A stretch of DNA of 52,728 nt from an uncultured Erysipelotrichaceae bacterium (lineage in GTDB: Bacteria; Bacillota_I; Bacilli_A; RF39; UBA660): positions 1 through 52,728 of the forward strand of contig CACZQJ010000074.1 in the NCBI GenBank assembly GCA_902783265.1, given 5' to 3'. A program made the position numbers and the translations under genes. The stretch's first letter is position 1, and each line of letters begins with the position of its first letter. Below, piece after piece: positions 46,899-52,728 of this stretch. The notes below the pieces were generated by a model. The model was not told the DNA's origin. It searched no databases and was given only the letters and a program-made list of their open reading frames with translations.

Positions 46899-47623
46899 TA
46901 GTTGTTTTCTTCATCATTTGAATCGCTGTCTTCGTTGTCTGATTTAAAATCTTTATAATGATTAAAACTTATAGTAGTCACTCCTGGTTCGGCGCTTAAA
47001 TTGTTTACTATATCTTCAACGGTTTCAAATCTTGTTGTAATAATAACTACTTTTAGTTTTACTTCATGCTCGGTTATTTCGTTTCTTTCTAAGCTTTCCA
47101 AAAATAAGCCATTTTTTTCAATTGATTTTGCTATAGAAGTTCTAACAACAACTTCTATATTTTTTTTGCAAGAAATTTTTATAATACATCTTTCTTTTTG
47201 ATATTTTTTTACCTTATTCATTACTTTAATAGAAATAATTCTAAGAAAAATGTTTGAACTCAAAACAAATGCAGTTCCGATTGCAGCTTCTACTATCATT
47301 CCGGATGCGGTAAGTACTCCTATTGCTGCTACGCACCATAATGTTGCGGCTGTATTAAGTCCTTTAACTCTACTTCCTTCTCTTAGTATTACTCCAGCTC
47401 CTAAAAAACCGATACCAGATACTACTGATGCGGCAATTCTGGTTACATCTTGATGTTCTGGTGATAAACCAACCGACATATATACAAAGAGAAATGATCC
47501 TAAACTTACTAAAGCGTTTGTTCTTAGCCCTACCATTTTATGTCTATATTGCCTTTCAAGACCAATTATCATACTTAATAGAAAACAGTAAAATATTCTT
47601 ACTATAAATACTTTTAAATCCAT
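46898..47623 (-). CDS. mgtC: MgtC/SapB family membrane protein
   Basis: 241 aa with IIGLERQYRHKMVGLRTNALVSLGS, GIGFLGAGVILREG and LNTAATLWCVAAIGV, plus a C-terminal soluble domain and an acidic tail. Confidence 0.88.
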   Translation of the reverse strand: MDLKVFIVRIFYCFLLSMIIGLERQYRHKMVGLRTNALVSLGSFLFVYMSVGLSPEHQDVTRIAASVVSGIGFLGAGVILREGSRVKGLNTAATLWCVAAIGVLTASGMIVEAAIGTAFVLSSNIFLRIISIKVMNKVKKYQKERCIIKISCKKNIEVVVRTSIAKSIEKNGLFLESLERNEITEHEVKLKVVIITTRFETVEDIVNNLSAEPGVTTISFNHYKDFKSDNEDSDSNDEENN

Positions 47624-47664
47624 AGGTCCTCCTTTGTCACATGCTATTAATTATATCATAATAT

Positions 47665-47693
47665 TTAAAAAAATAAACTTTTATTAGTTTATT
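47665..47693 (-). terminator. Terminator-like hairpin after the 101-aa ORF
   Basis: 7-bp hairpin aataaac (47672-47678) / gtttatt (47687-47693) with an 8-nt loop, then TTTTTTAAAT on the minus strand. Confidence 0.4.
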
Positions 47694-47994
47694 TTTTTTC
47701 GTCTTTATGGTTTTCATTATACTCTTTAGCTGCTTTACCCAATTTTTTTAATGCACTCATGATGTCTTTTGAATTTTTATCTTTTTTGTTACTGCCTTCT
47801 CCTTTGAGCTTGTCAGCAAAATCGTCAACTATTTTAGTTGCTTTCTTTTCTAAATCTTCACTATTTGTGTTTAATGATTTTTCGGCTTCTTTTGTTATTT
47901 TTTTGACAAGCTTAGTGGCTTCTTTATTAATTTCATTTCCGGCTTTGTCTTTTATATCATCCACTGCATCAGATATTTTATCGATAAGTCCCAT
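47689..47994 (-). CDS. Lys/Glu-rich helical hypothetical protein (101 aa)
   Basis: The ATG at 47994 lies 8 nt after AGGAAGGA (MGLIDKISDAVDDIKDKAG...). Low-complexity, charged helical sequence. The longer track ORF start lacks an RBS. Confidence 0.5.
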   Translation of the reverse strand: MGLIDKISDAVDDIKDKAGNEINKEATKLVKKITKEAEKSLNTNSEDLEKKATKIVDDFADKLKGEGSNKKDKNSKDIMSALKKLGKAAKEYNENHKDEKK

Positions 47995-48123
47995 AATATC
48001 AATCCTTCCTAACAATATTTTATCAAAAAAGATAGAATATTTCATCATCTAAGTTCTATTACAGCGTCTAAACTATAAAAACTAGTATTATGCTTTTTTA
48101 TCGTTAGCAGTTATTCGAATTTT

Positions 48124-48891
48124 TCAAATAACTGAATCTGTTTCAAGTTCGCCAATATTAAAATTTAATAATTCTTTACAAACTTCTTCAAATCTATCTT
48201 GCTCATTTTTAATTGTGTCAATCAAAAACATTTTATCATTATCGTATTCCTTGAGACCTCGCATATAATATGGCTTATCATCATCTAAAACAATAAAAGG
48301 TAATATGTTATTTTTTAAACATTCTTTAAACATAATCATTCTACCTACTCTACCATTGCCATCTCCAAATGGATGAATTCGTTCGAATCTAACATGAAAT
48401 TCAATAATATCATCAATAGTAATGTCATGAAGCTTTTCATACCATTTTAATAATTCATCAATATCTCTCTCTACATCTTCAGGTTTAGAAGTATTAATAA
48501 CATTTATAAGCCCAATCTTATTAGGAACAACTTTAAAACCTCCAACATTATATCTCGGATTTATCTCATCAGTTGTATTTCGTTTTAAAATTTTATTCAT
48601 TTTAACAATTATTTCTTTTGTGAGAGTATTATCAACAATGTCCAAAGCATAATCAAACAATCTAAAATGATTTTTCATTTCGATTAAATCATCCAGTTTT
48701 ATTGCATCATCAGACTTAGGAATAAAAGAATCTGTTTCAAAAATTTCCTCTGTCTCATCAGATGTTAATTTATTACCTTCAATTTTATTCGAATTGTATG
48801 CAAAATTAACCTGGCAATAATGATATATGTTGCCTTTAAACTTAGATTTCTTCTGCTCTATTAATTCTTTTTTTATCTTTGCAACATTCAT
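48124..48891 (-). CDS. fic: Fic/DOC family protein (AMPylase-type, class II with N-terminal inhibitory motif)
   Basis: Fic motif HPFGDGNGRVGR, and the N-terminal SNKIEGN matches the inhibitory (S/T)xxxE(G/N) helix. GGAGG lies 6 nt before the ATG at 48891. Confidence 0.9.
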   Translation of the reverse strand: MNVAKIKKELIEQKKSKFKGNIYHYCQVNFAYNSNKIEGNKLTSDETEEIFETDSFIPKSDDAIKLDDLIEMKNHFRLFDYALDIVDNTLTKEIIVKMNKILKRNTTDEINPRYNVGGFKVVPNKIGLINVINTSKPEDVERDIDELLKWYEKLHDITIDDIIEFHVRFERIHPFGDGNGRVGRMIMFKECLKNNILPFIVLDDDKPYYMRGLKEYDNDKMFLIDTIKNEQDRFEEVCKELLNFNIGELETDSVI

Positions 48892-48920
48892 AGTAAACCT
48901 CCATAGCAAAATAATTATCT

Positions 48921-49802
48921 TTAGATTTCAATTAATTCATATTTAGTACTACCAAGTCCGATTTCCTCAGCATACTCAGTAATATGTCTGCCTTCCTGTC
49001 TATCTACTCTTTCCATCATTTTTGTATGTCCTGGGTCAGTTGAATTCCAAAGCATATCAATGAACGCTTGATCGTTTGCGACTGGATCTAGTGAAGCAAT
49101 AATGCCTAAATCTTCCATAACTGGATCACCTTGGTGGGCATCACAATCGCAGTCAACAGATATAGCGTTCATAATTGTAATATAAATAATTTGCTTGCCT
49201 TCGTCATTTAAATAATCTGATACTGCTTTAGCTGCTTCGGCCATAGATTCTATAAAATCTTTTTGTTCATACTTAACAGTCCAACATTTATCTGGATCTT
49301 CGGTTTGTCCGCACGAATGGATATAAGCTTTTCCGTTTCTTGAGGCAATACCTATAGATTGGTTTTTAAGGTTTGCTCCAAATCCACCCATGGCATGTCC
49401 TTTGCCGTGAGCGAGGTTAATTATTGAATCATATTTTTTAAAGTTTTCTCCAACAATATCATACTTTAAATGCTTACCATTTTTAACTGGAATTTTAAAT
49501 TCGCCATTGCCATCCATAATATCGACATCAGCAAATGAAGTAAATCCGTGTTCTTCGGCAACTTTTAAATGTTCTTCCGCTGTATTTCTCTTACCAGGAT
49601 AGGCTGTATTGCATTCAATTATTGTTCCGTTTAGTTTATTAACTAATGGTCCAATTAAATCGGCTTTTAAATATCCTTTGCTGCCAGCTTCGCCAGTTGA
49701 TACTTTTACGCCAACTTTTCCTTTTAACTGCACACCTAAAGCTTCGTAAATTTTAATTAAGCTCTCAGGAGTAATTTCTTTTGTATAATATACTTTTGAC
49801 AT
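48921..49802 (-). CDS. DUF362 domain-containing protein
   Basis: About 293 aa. The overall pattern (VGVKVSTGE..., ECNTAYPG..., AHGKGHAMGGFGANLKNQSIG, CDCDAH) matches DUF362 as I remember it. The ATG at 49802 follows AAAGGA. Confidence 0.7.
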   Translation of the reverse strand: MSKVYYTKEITPESLIKIYEALGVQLKGKVGVKVSTGEAGSKGYLKADLIGPLVNKLNGTIIECNTAYPGKRNTAEEHLKVAEEHGFTSFADVDIMDGNGEFKIPVKNGKHLKYDIVGENFKKYDSIINLAHGKGHAMGGFGANLKNQSIGIASRNGKAYIHSCGQTEDPDKCWTVKYEQKDFIESMAEAAKAVSDYLNDEGKQIIYITIMNAISVDCDCDAHQGDPVMEDLGIIASLDPVANDQAFIDMLWNSTDPGHTKMMERVDRQEGRHITEYAEEIGLGSTKYELIEI

Positions 49803-49861
49803 ATTTATCAAATCCTTTCAAATTTATAATAACATATTAAAAACTAAAAAATCAACATACA

Positions 49862-50686
49862 TTATTTGTCATATTCTTCTAAAAAGCTTTTATAATTTCC
49901 ATCTTTTTTGGTTCCTAAAACGCAGTTTAAATTGACGTTATCTAAGGCTTTAAAAATATTATAGTCAATGTCTTTATTTACTTCTTTTAGATTTTTAATT
50001 AGTTTTTTCATTTCATCTCTTTTACTTTTGCCATCGTTAAGCACGCATTTTTCAGTTAGTTTGCAGGCACAGTTTAAAAATGAAATTTTGTTATGTTTTC
50101 GCCATGAAATTATTGCTTCTTCTTTTACTAAATAAAGTGGTCTAATAAGCTCTAGTCCTTTAAAATTATCACTATGTAATTTGGGCATCATTGTCTTTAT
50201 TTCTGAGCCATAAAACATTGATAAAAGAGTTGTTTCAATTACATCATCAAAGTGATGTCCTAAAGCAATTTTATTACATCCCATTTCTTTAGCTTTGTTA
50301 TATAGGTGTCCTCTTCGCATTCTTGCACACATATAACATGGGTTTTCTGGGTTAAGTTTATTGGCTACGTCAAATATGTCGGTTTCGAACATTTCAATAT
50401 TTATATTTAGCATTTCTGCATTAGTAATGATTAGGTCTCGATTAAATTCATTATATCCCGGATTCATAACGACGTATTTTGCTTCAAATTTGACTTTTCC
50501 GTGTTTTTGTAATTCTTGAATGCATTTAGCAAGTAAAAATGAGTCTTTGCCTCCGCTAATGCATACCATTACTCTATCGCCTTCATTAATAAGTTCGTAG
50601 TCTCTAACGGCTTTACTAAATTTGCTCCAAATATCTTTACGATATGTTTTTATGATGCTTCTTTCTATTTCTTTATATCTTTCCAT
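49862..50686 (-). CDS. PP-loop ATP-pyrophosphatase, TtcA-like tRNA thiolation enzyme
   Basis: PP-loop VCISGGKDSF, ALGHHFDD and Cys motifs (CYMCARMRRG; CAC). AAGGAG lies 6 nt before the ATG at 50686. Confidence 0.85.
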   Translation of the reverse strand: MERYKEIERSIIKTYRKDIWSKFSKAVRDYELINEGDRVMVCISGGKDSFLLAKCIQELQKHGKVKFEAKYVVMNPGYNEFNRDLIITNAEMLNINIEMFETDIFDVANKLNPENPCYMCARMRRGHLYNKAKEMGCNKIALGHHFDDVIETTLLSMFYGSEIKTMMPKLHSDNFKGLELIRPLYLVKEEAIISWRKHNKISFLNCACKLTEKCVLNDGKSKRDEMKKLIKNLKEVNKDIDYNIFKALDNVNLNCVLGTKKDGNYKSFLEEYDK

Positions 50687-50742
50687 AATAAACTCCTTTA
50701 AAAACAACAATATAAGTATATCATTTTTAGGTATATTTTACC

Positions 50743-50766
50743 ATAAAAAAATAGGCAAAGCCTATT
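50743..50766 (-). terminator. Intrinsic terminator of the Cys-rich small ORF
   Basis: 7-bp hairpin aataggc (50750-50756) / gcctatt (50760-50766) overlapping the stop codon, then TTTTTTATGG on the minus strand. Confidence 0.55.
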
Positions 50767-50890
50767 TTTCGTCATGACAACCACATTCACAATTTTCATC
50801 GCACTTGCACTCTCCTTCGCAAGTACATTCTTTTCCTTCTTGACATCCACAAGTACAGTTTGGTCCGCAGTCACATTTCTTTTCTTCCAT
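50762..50890 (-). CDS. 42-aa cysteine-rich, metallothionein-like small protein (unlisted in ORF track)
   Basis: Hand translation gives MEEKKCDCGPNCTCGCQEGKECTCEGECKCDENCECGCHDEK, with 12 Cys in CxC/CxCxC spacing plus 1 His. RBS is GGAGGG 6 nt before the ATG. It has its own consensus promoter and terminator. Confidence 0.55.
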   Translation of the reverse strand: MEEKKCDCGPNCTCGCQEGKECTCEGECKCDENCECGCHDEK

Positions 50891-50908
50891 TTTTATCCCT
50901 CCTATTTA

Positions 50909-50938
50909 ATTATATACCTTATTTTTTATTATTGTCAA
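50909..50938 (-). promoter_or_regulatory. Consensus sigma-A promoter of the Cys-rich small ORF
   Basis: Minus strand TTGACA (50933-50938) - 18 nt - TATAAT (50909-50914). Confidence 0.55.
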
Positions 50939-50949
50939 AATTATTGATA

Positions 50950-50974
50950 TGAAAAAACATCTAATAATTAGATG
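50950..50974 (-). terminator. Intrinsic terminator of the CnaB adhesin gene
   Basis: 7-bp hairpin catctaa (50958-50964) / ttagatg (50968-50974) around the stop codon, then TTTTTTCATATC on the minus strand. Confidence 0.5.
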
Positions 50975-52728
50975 CTTTTTCGATTTTTTTAATAGTTTCA
51001 CTGATTGAAACGCCAAGGATATTGGCCAATAAGATTACTAAGAATGCATAATTATTGGTTTCTTCTTTTCCAGTTTTTGGAGGAAGAACTTCAATATATT
51101 CTTTAACTTCATGAGTATTAATTACGTTATAACCATCAATTACTTTAGTATAACCTTCAACTAATTCTTCATCGATTGTATAAACTACTTCCTCACCGTT
51201 TTGATATTTATATAATCCGTATAAGATATATTTCCAATTATCTTCTTTCATAACTTTAAATGTTTTGATGTATATTCCATTTCCATATAATCTTAGATTA
51301 ATGAAATCTGGTCTTATTCTATCAGCATTGTTGTTATCATTCCAGATTTTTTCTCCAGATATTGAAATGTATTCTACTTCACGTTTATTGGTTATGTCAT
51401 ATGCATTATTTGTATTTGTTTGAGGCGCTGTTAAATCATCAGTTACGTTTACGTCTGTAACGGTTGTTTTAGTGTTTTCTTCATTTTGTTCAACTGTTGT
51501 TTCGTAATTTTTAACTTCAATTTCTTCTATTTCGTATTTAACTGCCGTTTTTTTGCCTTTAACATTCTTGTATTTTTTATATCCTTTTTTATCATTATCA
51601 AATGTATGTGTCCAATCGTTACTATCATTTAACTCTGCTGAAGCGATTACTTCGCCATCGGCAAGTAAATTTACTTTAATTGATTCTGGTCTTAATCCTT
51701 CAACATTGTTTTCATCTTCCCAGTGTTTTGTAACCGTAAATGTTACAGTTTCTGGTAAATAATAGTTCGTGATTTCAAAGTTTTCATCATTAACTTCTTT
51801 GGTATATGTATTACCTTCTAATACTTCGTCAACGTAATATTTTATAGTTTCATTATTATTATCTGTTATAGGTAAATTAACAAATTCATAAGTCCAGTCT
51901 TCGCCAGTTACTTGAGCTGTTTTAATTGGGTCTTCGTGAATTCCATCATATAAATTTACAGTGATTGAATCAGGTCTAGTAACATCGTTGTTATTATCAT
52001 CTTCCCAAATCTTTTTACCAGAAATTGTTCTAACACCATTTGGTTTATATGTGTTTGTGATTTCAACTTCGAAACTATTATCTTCACTTGATGATGTGAT
52101 ATTTTGAATAGTAGTTTGACTGCTTTCATAGTTATTTACAGTTGTTTTTTCTTCGACAGAAAATTTTAGTAATTCCCCATCTCTAAATTTAGGCAAGTTT
52201 TCTTCGGTTATTGTCCACTGATTTTTATCATTTAAAGTATATGTATACTTATCATCTGTACAATAATCGGCTTTACTTGAACTACAACTTAATTTAACTT
52301 GAATGCTGTCATTATGTCCGTAGATGTTTTCTATTCCATCTTTACTTACATTAATCCATTTTTTAGTGATCTTGATGTTAGTTCTTCCAGGAACATAAGT
52401 GTTTGTAATAGTAGTTAATCCTGTTTCTTTATTTAATGAATATCCAGTTTGGGTATATCCATCTGGAAGAGAGTCAGTGTCTTCAGTCCATTTATATTCT
52501 ATTTCTTGTCCACCTGAATATTTTGGTAAATTTTCAATAGTTGCAGTCCAGTCATTACCACTATTTAAAGTAACTTCGTTTCCATTACTTAATTTAACTT
52601 TTAAAGATGTTGGACGTTTTCCGTCTTCGTTTTCACCATCGTTCCATATTTTCTTAACAGATACTGCTGTAGTTTCTGGAGTATAGCTATTAGTAATAGT
52701 AAATCCTGTTTCTTTATTTCCAGTTACG
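50961..52728 (-). CDS. Cell-wall-anchored surface protein with CnaB-type repeats and a PPKTG sorting signal (5' end outside window)
   Basis: The frame stays open to the window edge; the track's M at 52196 is an internal TTG. There are at least 5 CnaB-like units (KKIWNDGENEDGKRPTSLKVKL; KKIWEDDNNNDVTRPDSITVNLY; KHWEDENNVEGLRPESIKVNLL; EKIWNDNNNADRIRPDFINLRLY). The C-terminus is VLPPKTG plus a hydrophobic stretch plus a basic tail. Confidence 0.85.
   Translation of the reverse strand, partial: VTGNKETGFTITNSYTPETTAVSVKKIWNDGENEDGKRPTSLKVKLSNGNEVTLNSGNDWTATIENLPKYSGGQEIEYKWTEDTDSLPDGYTQTGYSLNKETGLTTITNTYVPGRTNIKITKKWINVSKDGIENIYGHNDSIQVKLSCSSSKADYCTDDKYTYTLNDKNQWTITEENLPKFRDGELLKFSVEEKTTVNNYESSQTTIQNITSSSEDNSFEVEITNTYKPNGVRTISGKKIWEDDNNNDVTRPDSITVNLYDGIHEDPIKTAQVTGEDWTYEFVNLPITDNNNETIKYYVDEVLEGNTYTKEVNDENFEITNYYLPETVTFTVTKHWEDENNVEGLRPESIKVNLLADGEVIASAELNDSNDWTHTFDNDKKGYKKYKNVKGKKTAVKYEIEEIEVKNYETTVEQNEENTKTTVTDVNVTDDLTAPQTNTNNAYDITNKREVEYISISGEKIWNDNNNADRIRPDFINLRLYGNGIYIKTFKVMKEDNWKYILYGLYKYQNGEEVVYTIDEELVEGYTKVIDGYNVINTHEVKEYIEVLPPKTGKEETNNYAFLVILLANILGVSISETIKKIEKASNY

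Noticed and set aside
47624-47688. M-box (Mg2+) riboswitch upstream of mgtC.
   Set aside because: The intergenic region is only 65 nt and is largely occupied by the upstream gene's terminator and a -10 box. That is far too short for an M-box aptamer of about 170 nt.
1-52728. Alternative genetic code (TGA=Trp, Mollicutes-like), mobile elements, rRNA/tRNA genes and CRISPR arrays.
   Set aside because: Long conserved genes are intact under the standard code, and at least one gene (8854..9438) ends at TGA just where the neighbouring promoter begins. I saw no transposase or integrase motifs, inverted-repeat-bounded units, tRNA-like or rRNA-like segments, or repeat-spacer arrays. The window is almost fully occupied by protein-coding genes.

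Overview
Clearly AT-rich (GC not computed), standard-code chromosomal core region of a Gram-positive bacterium. Gene order resembles Bacillus, Clostridia or Erysipelotrichia-type Firmicutes. Nearly all genes are on the minus strand. The housekeeping backbone holds rpoB-rpoC, rplK-rplA-rplJ-rplL, secE-nusG, murC and mutS. It also holds a fragmented division/shape cluster (murG-murB-divIB-ftsA-ftsZ, radC-mreC-mreD, murF) and spoIVFA/FB-rplU-prp-rpmA. Accessory genes include an SDR plus GltD-like pair, a BceAB-like ABC transporter, MgtC, Fic, a DUF362 protein, a TtcA-like protein, a GH25 muramidase and a partial CnaB-repeat adhesin. Two type IV filament gene sets are interleaved in this backbone. 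(1) A Tad/Flp assembly operon lies between mutS and murC (two TadE-like pseudopilins, TadZ, TadA/CpaF, an Ig-domain-fused TadB, TadC); its Flp pilin gene stands alone 11.8 kb away. (2) A PilB/ComGA-type ATPase is divergent from two class-III-signal pilins, one a 532-aa modular pilin carrying a 26-residue LRR (BspA/DUF285-like) array; this is my best candidate for something new. Other points missed by the 60-aa ORF track: a 42-aa, 12-Cys metallothionein-like ORF with a consensus promoter and terminator, and a structured leader/small-ORF/antisense region upstream of the ABC transporter. There is also an orphan two-gene cassette with its own consensus promoter between murC and secE. I recognised no rRNA, tRNA, CRISPR, transposase or integrase. 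All family assignments come from motifs read by eye; no database search was run.
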